A stretch of DNA of 54,606 bases, counting the filler, from Sluysia triapertura (lineage: Eukaryota), in assembly GCA_046118255.1 (NCBI GenBank). It is 4 parts of 4 records of this genome, joined end to end, with 100 filler letters (N's around TTAATTAATTAA, not from the genome) between each part and the next. Parts side by side here need not be neighbours in the genome. Positions count along the whole stretch, not along the records: positions 1 to 17,252 come from JBJNIA010190385.1; positions 17,353 to 32,389 come from JBJNIA010240660.1; 2 more parts are not named here. One strand, given 5' to 3'. Positions 11,401 through 23,334 of the stretch are shown in pieces. The position numbers were made by a program, and so were the translations under genes. The stretch's first letter is position 1, and each line of letters begins with the position of its first letter. The notes under the pieces are model-generated. The model was not told where the DNA came from. It made no database searches and saw only the letters and a program-made list of their open reading frames with translations.

Positions 11401-14400
11401 ATTATCAACCATCATTTCCTTTTACTCTACTCAATCTGATATTACTTAAATTACTTCTCACATTAAAATGACAATCATCAATACTGCTGACATACATAAA
11501 ATAATGAATTTAATTTCACATTCTATTATTTAATGAATTTTCTATTTTTCACACCCAATTTTCTAATGAAAAATGTTTTAAGGTTCTTATTCTCAAACAA
11601 ACCATTTTTCAAACATTTCGAACTCACTTCTAGATTCTCCTCTTCCATAAAAATCATCTTGTGTTTAATTAATTATATTTGCATCATTCAAAGTATAAAA
11701 AAATTCAGCATTCCATAATTAAAAAGTAATTAAAATTTAACTTTGCTCAATAATAAGGCTGTCCTTCATCAAAAGATCGTTTTAAAACAAATACAGTAAA
11801 GTTCCTCTTAACCGCTACCCTCTAATAACCACCAAAAATTCAATTCTTATTTTACATAGGAAGTTTCTGTAAGCCGCCACTTTAAAAAAATTTATCGTTT
11901 TTTTTAATAATAATATAATGTATCTTACTTAAGTAATTCAATAAAAGTAAGTAAATTATAATTTTAATTTATTAAATTCATATTTTTTAGACTTCAAATT
12001 ATTTCTTGAAATGACAAAGTTATTAATAAAAGAGTTTAATAATAAAAGTTTATTGTTTATAATTTTTGTTGTTATTATGTTGTCCCTCTTCTGAAAGTAT
12101 CTACGTTCATTTTTGTGCTTATATTTCTTATCATTATTTCTGCTTATTCTACATCATTATATGTTCTAAAATTGTTTCTTTTATATATACATATTTATTT
12201 ATTGTTTCATATATTTAAATCTATGATGAATTCAACAATTATCGTACGAAAAGTCAAAACATGAATTAAAATAAAAATTGGTTAAATTAAAAATCAAAAA
12301 ATTAAAAATTATTACAATAATTAATAAATTAATATTTAAAAATATCTTAGTAAGAAAATCAACATATCCATTCCGTATTTAAAAACGTCACAACAAATTT
12401 ATAAACCATGCCATTAATTAATGATTTTGTGCAAATTTTACTATCTTATTCAATTTGCCAATTTAATGTTGCATGTGTTAATGGAAAAGATTGTTTTACT
12501 TCGACCAGAAAATGTTATAATGGCTCTATATACGCAGTCATACCTCATATTATAGTTTCAAGTCTGTTGGAATACCACTTCTTGTTTCAACAGCTTCCAA
12601 CTGTCAGACAGTACATCAGTTGATCGTTTATCACACGACACTACGAAATGTGGTTATAATGAAATCGATGAATATATTTGTTCTCCAATTACCACGGTTT
12701 GTCAAGCTTACTTCGCTTAAATAATTACAATGTATGCAACAAAATAAGTGATGAAGAAGCAGAAGAGATTCTTTCTCTACAGCCAATATTCATACAACAC
12801 GAACCGATGAAATTGAAAAAATTAATCATCCTAAACATATATATAAGACCAAAAACATATCCGAAATTATTTTAAATTTAACAAATCCGAATTAAATAAA
12901 ATTGAAATATGAGAAACAAACCAATTCAGCTAATAACACTTTAGTTAGTACTAATAATGTTTTAAAACAATGTTGATTGGTTGATTTTGATGCATTCAGA
13001 TATTGTTGTTAGAATTTGCAATTATATTAATATAAGATTGTTTACTATTTTAATTATATTGTCTGAAAGTTATTTAATAAAGTTTTATAAAGTCCTTAAG
13101 GCTGAAAGTGTCGTTGCTATAGTTAAGGTTAAGTTAAATATTAATGATTTAGTAAGAAAAACTACACAATTTCATATAAAATATGATGTTGTAAGGTTAC
13201 GACAAAAAATTAGAAAATTCCAATATAAAAATAAAAAATTTAAGTTATATGTCAAAACCTCCATCAAATATCGTATTAAATCAGTTCCACAAAAATCATG
13301 TTTTTTGAAATATGCCTTAGAACAGTTCGAATATAAGTTGTAATCCTTAAATTATGGAAGTATATAAAAAGTATTTAAAATTATTTTATCAAATTTGTGT
13401 ACTCACCCAAGTGACAATCTGAAAACGTCGTTTATCTAACATTATCTAACATATGTGTCGAATAATTGTGGTACAGATAAAATTATTGATGACAAATTTA
13501 ACAAACAATGCGATAAAAGTTTTTTGGGAGGACCCTTGCCCAAATTATTTTATAATATTTAATCGTTATTAAGTTAAAATAAAATATTTTAGTATTATTA
13601 TTTTCAACTTCTTTAGATATTGATAATTTGATTTTTTGTTGCGTCATTTCTGGTTTCTTTGGATAGATTATTGTGTGCTTAATATTGTTATAAAGATTAT
13701 TGTTAATTTTGAAATTTAGTTAATTTAGTTTAATCATTTTTAGTTAAATCGGAGACTCAGAATAACAATTTGTATTTGGTTTTGTAATTATTTTGTTAGT
13801 GTTAATAATTTGAATTGGGCTGAATAAATAACATTGTTAAAATAAGAAAATACTTCACCTAGTGAATATTGAATTTATTGAGATTCTATTTAAGTAAATT
13901 GAAATGATATTGATTTATTATTACTAATAATTTGAAGGGTGCAACAAATCCACAAAGCGATAATTAGAGTGGTTACGGTTTCTTTTACATTTAAATTAAG
14001 AAATTTTGATGACTGTTTCAACAAACATCCTCTATCAAACTCCGTCGAAAATAAATGGCAATAGAAAACGATAAATTTCTCATAAGATCTTCTGAATAAC
14101 AAATTATGATAAGAATAATAATAAGAATAATAATAATGTGTCAAAATAGAAATATCAAATCTTCGAAAATGAAAGTAACAGCAATTTAATGTTTACAATC
14201 ATATTTTTTAAATTTCTTTTACATTAAATTTTTGAGTTTCCACAATTATTTCTGATTGTTTTATAAATAATTATTTTATTTCAAAATCTCCAATTTTAAT
14301 TTGAAATTTGCGTATTTTTGTGTGTCTTTTTTTGATTGTTTTGAAAAACAAAGTATTTTCGATGTTTTGCCATTGTTTTTATGCGTTTTTTCATACGCGC

Positions 14401-15161
14401 CTTATTCCCATATTTGCTATAATTATCCAACTAGAATTATTTATGTTTATTTTGATAATTTCAGTTATTAAGTTTTATAAATTTTCCACGTTATTTCCTT
14501 CTTTTTGTAATACTCGGAGTCCCACAAGATCTGACCTCGAATATGTGAAATATAATGATAATAAAGTCGATATAGTCGAGGTTCTTGTTATTATTCAACA
14601 TCGAGCAGCTCCAAGTCCACCGCGGTGGAGTTAACATAACTGTGCGAAATAATGAGCGATGGTCAAGTAACTGGCACCGATGACTGTGAGCAGATAAGGT
14701 CGAAACTATAGAATAGAAGAAGATGCTGGTAGAAAGGCAAGGTCTTTCTCTCTGATGAAATCCAATAGAGTAACTACAATGCAGCAAAGTGGAACATATC
14801 AATTCACAAGTTTGTCGAGAAAGAACCAAGGTGTCAGAAGAAGGAGAATGCATTAAATTGTGATTGTTCAGATGTATTATGCTTTCAACCATCCAAAATT
14901 AATCTATAATTAGGCTAGGATTTAGGAATACCGTTTGGGGGATGTTTAAATATGTCGTCTGTATGATCACTAAATGTTTCATGTTGTTTGATTATAAATT
15001 TATTTAATTTTATAAATCTATTTTTCTCTCGAAAACGTTTACACTTAATTTTAACGTTTTTATTTTTAACCAATTAAAAACTAAATCATTAACCATTGGA
15101 AGGTCAATTTACTTGAAACAATAAAAAACAACAGAGCATAAAGAATCAATTGAGTATTTAA

Positions 15162-16100
15162 CCCATTCGCTGCCAATCCTGAATTGTATGAAGTTATTCG
15201 CTTTGCCATTTCTGTTTTGAGTGTTATTGCTTATCTAAGATTTATTATTTCCATAGTAATCTTGATATGAAATAACTTATTTTCTAAATTGTATGAAGTT
15301 ATTCGCTTTGCCATTTCTGTTTTGAGTGTTGTTATTGTTTATCTAGATTTAATATTTCAAGATAAATACACACATATTTTGTCATAAATAATCATTTACT
15401 CGAATATTTGTGGTTGATAATGAGAATGAATGCACATGACTCGATATCCTTTTTCTTATTTGCACACACGTTTAATCAAAAAACAAATCATGAATCACAC
15501 AAATAGATGAAAGAGTATAAAAATACTAAAAACAGGACACAATTTTCTGTGAATTTGAAAAGGCTGGTTATTTAGATTCTATTTAGATAACACGGGATCT
15601 TGTAATGTTGAACAATTTGATTCTAACTGAGTTTATCGGCAACATCTCTCTCATCAGTAAGAGCAGTGCAGTGTTGTAGAGTCAGAACTAGTATCTTTCA
15701 ATAAATTATTAGTTGGGGGAAATATACATAACAAATTAATAAATAAAGTAGATTTTTGTAAAAACAATTTATTTGTAGCTCTTTTATTCAAGTTTTTGCA
15801 CTTCTATATTTATGTTTGTGGCATAAAATGTTTGCAAGCTCTCCCCACAAGATAATGAGGGTATCTAAGAAGAGGTTACGCAGTCGAAAAGATGTTGATA
15901 TACTGTTTCATCGTTAATTTAAAATTGAACGATGTAGATCATTTATTTTTAGAATTATCAAAAATGCATGTTTCGTTCCTGTACACTATCTAACCAATCA
16001 TTTTCATTTTGAACCCAACTCTAAATTTAGTAACATAATCTGCGATTGTAAGAATAGCTGAAGAAAGAACAGATTGTAGATTTTTCTGAATCGTGTTATT
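15162..16100. mobile_element. Longer piggyBac-type element related to the 23116 MITE (other end not seen; runs toward the N gap)
   Basis: Starts TTAA-CCCATTCGCTGCCAA. The next ~35 nt match the inverted right end of the MITE, and 15741-15835 matches the MITE interior in reverse. Contains a ~44-bp direct repeat (about 15182-15225 and 15287-15330). Confidence 0.7.
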
Positions 16101-16922
16101 NNNNNNNNNNNNNNNNNNNNNNNNNNNNNNNNNNNNNNNNNNNNNNNNNNNNNNNNNNNNNNNNNNNNNNNNNNNNNNNNNNNNNNNNNNNNNNNNNNNN
16201 NNNNNNNNNNNNNNNNNNNNNNNNNNNNNNNNNNNNNNNNNNNNNNNNNNNNNNNNNNNNNNNNNNNNNNNNNNNNNNNNNNNNNNNNNNNNNNNNNNNN
16301 NNNNNNNNNNNNNNNNNNNNNNNNNNNNNNNNNNNNNNNNNNNNNNNNNNNNNNNNNNNNNNNNNNNNNNNNNNNNNNNNNNNNNNNNNNNNNNNNNNNN
16401 NNNNNNNNNNNNNNNNNNNNNNNNNNNNNNNNNNNNNNNNNNNNNNNNNNNNNNNNNNNNNNNNNNNNNNNNNNNNNNNNNNNNNNNNNNNNNNNNNNNN
16501 NNNNNNNNNNNNNNNNNNNNNNNNNNNNNNNNNNNNNNNNNNNNNNNNNNNNNNNNNNNNNNNNNNNNNNNNNNNNNNNNNNNNNNNNNNNNNNNNNNNN
16601 NNNNNNNNNNNNNNNNNNNNNNNNNNNNNNNNNNNNNNNNNNNNNNNNNNNNNNNNNNNNNNNNNNNNNNNNNNNNNNNNNNNNNAATAATGTTAATAAT
16701 AATAATGTTAATATTAATAATGATAATATTTATTATTATTATTATTATTTCAAATTGAAATTCAATAAAACTTAATTTCGAATTATTTATTTTGTGCATT
16801 AAAAAGTAACTGATTTAAAAAGAAGAAACTTCAAAATTTCACGCAAGATAAATGAAGCATAAAATAACTGAAATTATATATATTACTTTCTAATGAAATA
16901 TAAATTTTTTAGTCTAGCTAAA

Positions 16923-16972
<50 letters not shown>

Positions 16973-17185
16973 CAATTAAAATTTTTGCTTTAAATATAAT
17001 ACTTATTTTTGTAGATAGTTTCATTACGTTGAAATTTAATTTATTTATTATTTAATTTTGATATAGAATTTTATTTAATTATTTATAATTATTTTAATAA
17101 TTGAAATTAATGAATAAGATGATTAAATATAATCTATATTGATTATTAATTTAGAAAATTTGGCATCGATTTAAAATTTTAAATC

Positions 17186-17252
<67 letters not shown>

Positions 17253-17352
17253 NNNNNNNNNNNNNNNNNNNNNNNNNNNNNNNNNNNNNNNNNNNNTTAA
17301 TTAATTAANNNNNNNNNNNNNNNNNNNNNNNNNNNNNNNNNNNNNNNNNNNN
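17253..17352. other. Artificial contig-joining spacer (44 N + TTAATTAATTAA + 44 N)
   Basis: The identical 100-nt structure occurs three times, and the 12-mer gives stops in all six frames. Confidence 0.95.
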
Positions 17353-17916
17353 CTGAGGTACTTGTTAACGTTGTTGAATGGTGTTATTGTATTTATGATT
17401 TGTGTATTATACATTGTGGTTGTGGTTTGATGGAATCGTTTTTGAGTGAATGTTGTGAATTATTCGAGATTAATTATCAAAGTAAGGTGTGGAGTGAATG
17501 ATTGAGAGTGTTACTCGAGTTGTTGCTAAATATGAGTTGTTAAGAAATTATGAATGTGTAGTATTGTTTATGGTGATTGAGTTGATGTAGTTCGATAGTA
17601 GAAGCGTAATTATTTAGGAAATTATATTTTAGTGAACTTTTGAGTTATGGATGTTGAATGTAATGTTTTAATAAATTTTAAGTTGTGAGTGTTGGTCACT
17701 ACAACAGATTTAGAGCAGAGATTAGATTGCTTCAAAAGTGTTGATAAAACCTTATCCATTTTCTGGCCAAGTTGATGAAATTTCTGTTGACATATGATTA
17801 GAAATATTTAATTTACAATGTGAGGAATTACCATATAACAGTCTCATAAGATATGAAATTACTCGGTAATCTAAATGATTAATATAACCAATTAGGCATT
17901 GTTTCCTATTTATTGT

Positions 17917-20340
17917 ATGACACAATACATTATAAATTTCCTTCCATTTGCTAGGTTTTTACCTTTTTTAATACTCTTTAAATTTTAAAAGACAACTGAA
18001 TGAGTCTCAATCTCAATATATTACAACTATATCACAAATATCGCAATAAAAATCAAATAATGATTAAGTCACTATAAAACAATCTTTTACGACAATTAAT
18101 GAAATAAAATTCAATTATAATACTCAATCCCAGGGCTTACACAACACAAATAAATGTTAGTACCCAGAATGCAATAAATATACAATAAAAGCTCAAGACT
18201 CAACTAAACACAATAAGTTGGTTATTTTAATAAAATTTATTCCGATTTCTAAAGAATTTTAAGATACAATCAATGTATAGAATCGGCCTTATTACAGCAA
18301 AAGTTATAATAATTTTCTTTCGTTCTGTTTTGTGTGAATGATATAAAAATGTGGTTCTTTGTATAGTGTTTGGATAATTTATAGGAAGTCGGGAATTCGA
18401 CTAAATTATTGTGCATGTCGATATGACATGCTTACTTCTTAGAGTCGGTTTTATGCCTATCAATTTTATTAATCAAATTTGAACATAAATTTCCGTCGAA
18501 TTTCCGTCTTAATACTATCTAGCAATTATCCAAAGGTAATGAGTTTTGTGGCAAACAAACTCTTATCTTTTGAAAATAATGAAATTAAAATTTACGATCA
18601 TAGTTATAATAATACTTATCAATACAACTTAACTTAAATTGAATATATATCTAATCAAATATAAAACTAGCTTTTATAATAATAACTTTTGATACAATAC
18701 GCAACACATTGACGGCACGTCACACATCAGTTTCAATGACATATTTAGAATGATATCTTAATGAGCATTAATTTCATACATACTTTTATTATGTATGCTC
18801 ATTATAATACATAGAAAATTAAAAATAATGATTTTATGGTATCTACGTTGACGTGTTTCGCAGTATCTTGGTGTTCATAACATTGATGCATTTCATGATT
18901 ATATTTTATTATGTGTGATACCCGCACCTATGCCAACATCATAAGGATTTTCAAATAATTCTAATTAAATTAATTAAATTAATATACTTATAAATTTTTT
19001 GTAAAATCTTATAAAATAGTGATCCTTTTACCTTCAAGCAGCAATATTCTTTCAGTCATTTTATTTTCGGACAACCAAACACCTTGAAGTATTCATTCCT
19101 AGTGTCACGTGGTTTTCTGACCACACTCAAACATAATCAACTCAAACCAATTCTTCAATATATCTACGACAAAATATATATGTATTCTTCTTGTAAAACT
19201 TATTTTCACAGTACATCTGCAGAATATAAACTCAATACAGAGTTAAATTGGAATATTTTAAGACGCAACATTTATTAGACATTAAAAGTGTTGGGGTTTC
19301 TATCTCATTTAATCTTTTTCGTTGCAATATATCTATGGTTAGTCTATTTATTTGTTTGTATTCGTTTATTTGAGAGGTGATTCATCGCCATCTTGATATA
19401 AAAACCTAGATATTGAATTTAACCTATTTTAAAAATATTAAAGGCCATTAATTCATAAATCAATGTGGTTTGATCATTTATACAAAATTGGTGGGTTGTA
19501 TTGCTTTTTCTAAATCAAAACTTTCATTGGAGCGTCTTAAATTTTCTACATATATTTCTTGTACAACTACATTATGGTAAATTTTACCTTCATAGTCAAT
19601 GCATTATCTTTCACATGTTCCATTTACTAATGTTCTTCAAGCAGTTCTTACTTTGTAAATTATTTCCGTATTTCTTCTTATGCTAAATTTTTAATGTTTA
19701 TTTAGGCATATACAAGCTGGATAATATTTTAGATGATTTTAAAACATTAGTAATATTAATTAATGAAACGTGATTATGATGCTCACAATTCCAATTTAAA
19801 TAAGATCTTTTGACCAAAAGTTTATTAAGGTCTTAAAAGCTTCCAACTGATCAACAAGGTGTCAAATGATCCTAAGGTTCAGAAGTTCAAAGGTATCTTC
19901 ATCTTTCCAAACCTTACATAAGTCTTCATGAGGGTTGCAATACCCTGCAAAGGTCGTTAGAACTCCAGGGTTTTCTTCAGTTTCAAAATGATTATAAACA
20001 TTTTACTGTTTATTTTTTTGTTATAAAAATATTTAATTATGTTTATATTATCATATTTCAGCTATTTTATTTCACTTTTTTGATATATATATTTTAAGTT
20101 CTCTTACTTTTAAACCTATTTTCTATACATTAACTGGACAATCCCAACATATGACACAATACATCATAAATTTCCTTCCCTTTGTTGTGTTTAAATATTA
20201 TTTAATTATTAAAAGACAAGTGAATAATTCTCAATCTCAATATAATACAACTATATCACAATAAAAATCAAATAATGATTAATGATTATGATCCTCACAC
20301 TTCCAATTTATATAAGACCTTTTGAACAAACATTATTTAA
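17917..20340 (+). repeat. Two pairs of local direct repeats: about 17917-18068 / 20151-20282 and 19772-19830 / 20283-20340
   Basis: TGACACAATACAT(T/C)ATAAATTTCCTTCC...TCTCAATCTCAATATA...CAATAAAAATCAAATAATGATTAA occurs twice. TGATTATGAT(G/C)CTCACA(A/C)TTCCAATTTA occurs twice. Confidence 0.85.
18280..19260 (-). pseudogene. Heavily decayed CMC (EnSpm/Mirage-like) transposase relic
   Basis: Minus-strand fragments occur in the expected order: VTLGMNTSRCLVVRK (cf. ISL..NTDG.P.FKS), LMCDVPSMCCVL (cf. CD.PA...VL), VCHKTHYLWIIAR and FSRIPDFL (cf. EFSR.PRSL). Many stops; motif match made by eye only. Confidence 0.4.
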
Positions 20341-21465
20341 TAACGTAATAATTAAATTTACTAATTCACAAATATTTAGTATTCCTATTGAAAAAAGACT
20401 CGAGAATATGTAATTGATATTCTGCTCTTCTTTTATTATTACACTTCACCAACCTGCTCGATTATCCAACAAATGTTAAGCTTATTATCAGCAAAATTTA
20501 TTACCTTATCTAGCTTTTGCAAAGTTAATAACTTAGCTTCGTTGCACTGAAGAATAATAGAGACAATTATAATTTTAATCTTTCTTCATTTAAACATACT
20601 TATCTTGCGAAACACCTCAATACTTAATTATATTTACCTTCTTTCTGTCGTAACCGAACATCATTAAATTCTGAATCGTTCCTAATCATCACAAATACTG
20701 TCTAAACCTTATCATTGTTTTATCGTGGGTAAAACTTTCTACTTCAAAAAATTAATCGTCATTCTTTCGGAAGATATTTTTGTTAAATCAATGGCACTTT
20801 CATGTATTGAATTAGCACATTACGAGCGGACAGACTAACAGATTCAGCTGGGGGCCCAACTGATAAAAATGGGAAGACATGCAAAATAATATTTGTATTT
20901 AGGGTAGCTTTAAAAAAGTATTTTTCAAATGATATAAATACTGGCCCCGCTCTTAAGTGACAGTCCACGACATGGGCACTAATGCACTTCTCATAATATG
21001 TTGAAAGCTGATAAATTATCGACGGATATAAGGTTTTCTTTTAAAAGCATTTGTTGTTTATCATTTGTCATATCTTGCACTATTATTAAATAAACAAATA
21101 CGGCAAAAAATTGAAAGTCGATTTATTTTCGTACAGAAATTAATAAAAATAGTTTCATAATCACAGATTAAACACTGTAAAGACTCGATCGAATAATAAT
21201 GACTTAGAAACGAGGACTGAACCAATCAAAGTATTACAAAAACTAATCTATCGTACAAACAAATCACGATCCTTGTCATACACTACAAGCGAGTCGTTTC
21301 TGAATATTCGATGTGCTTTGCATTTGATAATTGTTTGAAACAAAATGTCAATTCATTTTTCAACTAAAATTACAGTTATAGTCAAAGCAATCGAACTAAC
21401 AATAATAAAAATAAAAATAATAATAATTATGTTGGAAACAAAATTTAAACTTATTACAATAATAA

Positions 21466-21854
21466 AACTGTTAATTATTACACCATAATGTGCTAAAATT
21501 TCTGACAAATTTAATTGGCCAAATCTGAAATTAAGATCGTCATTTGTTGAATTTGATAAGTAGTATGATGGTTTGTGAAAATGTTACTGTCTCAATATTG
21601 CAGAGGTTGATATATAAAATTGTATTTGAGCATTATAAATTATAATTATAATTATATAAATGAAATGTCTAAAAAGAAAGGTAGAAGGGAAGGAAATTCA
21701 TTCTCCTGTTTGAATAGTCCTAAAAAACCCGGACACAATTTATTTGAGAAACATTTTAATGTGTATTTATTTGCCAAATGCTATATTAATTTCAGATATT
21801 GCCAATTCAATTTGTCAGAAGTTTCAACACATTACTGTGTAAGAATTAACAGTG
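21466..21854. mobile_element. Non-autonomous DNA element with ~75-bp imperfect TIRs and a CACTG-type terminus
   Basis: ACTGTTAATTATTACACCATAATGTGCTAAAATTTCTGACAAATTTAATTGGCCAAATCTGAAATTAA (from 21467) is the reverse complement, with scattered substitutions, of about 21787-21853. The right end reads CACTG on the minus strand. Confidence 0.75.
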
Positions 21855-22370
21855 ACGTATCTGTTAATCGTTACATTACCGATGTTATGTGGATTGATTT
21901 TGAATGACGCTATATTGGCTAACATTTTAGGATTAGTTTATTTTTATTATTACGTGTTACATTATCATATTTATTATAATTAATTGTGTTATTATCATGC
22001 TTATTCTTAATATCAAAAAAACACATGCTTCTCCTTTTTTATATCTAAAATGCCCATAATAAATTAAAATCGATTACATCAACTAGTGCATTTAATTCGT
22101 ACTAACTTTTTATAACATCATCATTTGCTTGATCAGATTCAATTAATTTTCTATCTCACACATGTTTTCTGATGAATTGGTTATTTCTTGAATATTTGAA
22201 TCTTATTTTGTAGTTTCAGTTTATTACTTGAATCGATTTTGTTATTAAATGTATCATCTGATCGAGTTTGAGAGCTGATAATATAAAATTCTTTTTTCAT
22301 TTCTTTTAGATGCTTTCTAGTTCGCTTTTTGGATGAATGAGATTGGGTAGTTTGTCTGAGATTGATTTAA

Positions 22371-22556
22371 CTACCAATTTTTTACACAAGTTTTGTCTGA
22401 GTGATTTGAATCTTCTTGTAAGCAACCACTTGTTGATAAGTATAATTTACAACATGCATATCCACATTCTGTTCTGTGCGATTTAATTATCACATTGTTA
22501 CACACATTGCATTCAGATTTTTCAAAAGATAACGGCACCTTTCCAAGTGAGTCCAA
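22371..22556 (-). pseudogene. Degenerate RING-HC finger (TRAF/TRIM-like) fragment
   Basis: CNVC-NNVIIKSHRTE-CGYACCKLY has RING-HC spacing (C-x2-C-x11-C-x-H-x2-C-x2-C), with the His and one Cys replaced by Tyr. The flanking frames contain stops. Confidence 0.4.
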
Positions 22557-23115
22557 ATATCATTTAAAGTAGCATTAATTTGAATCCGCTTCTCAATCAA
22601 TCTGTGTTCTGATGGTAAGCGAGATTAGGTTTGATAGAAATTTTATTATTGTTTTAAATTGTGTCTATTTTTGATTTTTAAATTTTGGAGATTTTATATG
22701 TTGATGTTATTGTATACTTCTGTCATGTGTGCGTTTAGTTTATTTTAACTGCAAAAGGTTGAACCACCACACAAACTAAGTAAACAATGCGCAATTTGTA
22801 TTTGTCAAATGCAGTTGCAGTGGTTCAGCTAATAATTCAAAGTTTTATATCGCACAACTAAACAATCTGTCTTAATACGTTAAATAAATCCGTCACAAGA
22901 CATTAAGTTCTACATGTCATAACATAATTATTAAGTAACATACTCCCTTTTAAAAATCCTCATGTTTTTAGCTGTTAAATTTTAATTTTCAAAATTATTC
23001 AACATTTATTGTTACATTTAGAAAATTTATACTTCAATAATGACATTTTTTATTTACAAAACTCAATATTCCAACATTCAATGTCAATTTACAAAAGAGT
23101 GCAGGCGGGGATTAA

Positions 23116-23334
23116 CCCATTCGCTGCCAAGACGAGTATACTCGTCCTACTTTAAATGTATTATAACATGAAGGCTTTTGAATAAGCAAATTTTTTTTGC
23201 CACAAACATAATATAAATATGTAAAAAACTTGAAAAATACTACAAATAAATTTTTTTACAAAAATAATACTTTATTTCTTATATAAATGGCAATGGGGAT
23301 GATTTCATATAATTTGGGCTTGGCAGCGAATGGG
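23116..23334. mobile_element. piggyBac-type MITE (219 bp)
   Basis: TTAA on both sides (23112-23115 and 23335-23338) and perfect 16-bp TIRs CCCATTCGCTGCCAAG / CTTGGCAGCGAATGGG. Subterminal palindrome GACGAGTATACTCGTC. Confidence 0.9.

Noticed and set aside
11795-11885. TA-CAGTAAAGTTCCTCTTAACCG as a Tc1/mariner MITE end
   Set aside because: No matching inverted terminus found downstream.
14491-14892. Relatively GC-rich 133-aa ORF
   Set aside because: No recognisable motif in the frames I translated; I could not assign it to a gene or TE.
15990-16799. Long ORFs spanning the 16101-16685 N gap (also 46253-46529 over the 46384-46513 gap)
   Set aside because: Their length comes from N codons and flanking microsatellite.
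17297-17308. TTAATTAATTAA islands inside N runs as biological motifs
   Set aside because: Identical and centred in 100-nt gaps three times: an assembly linker.
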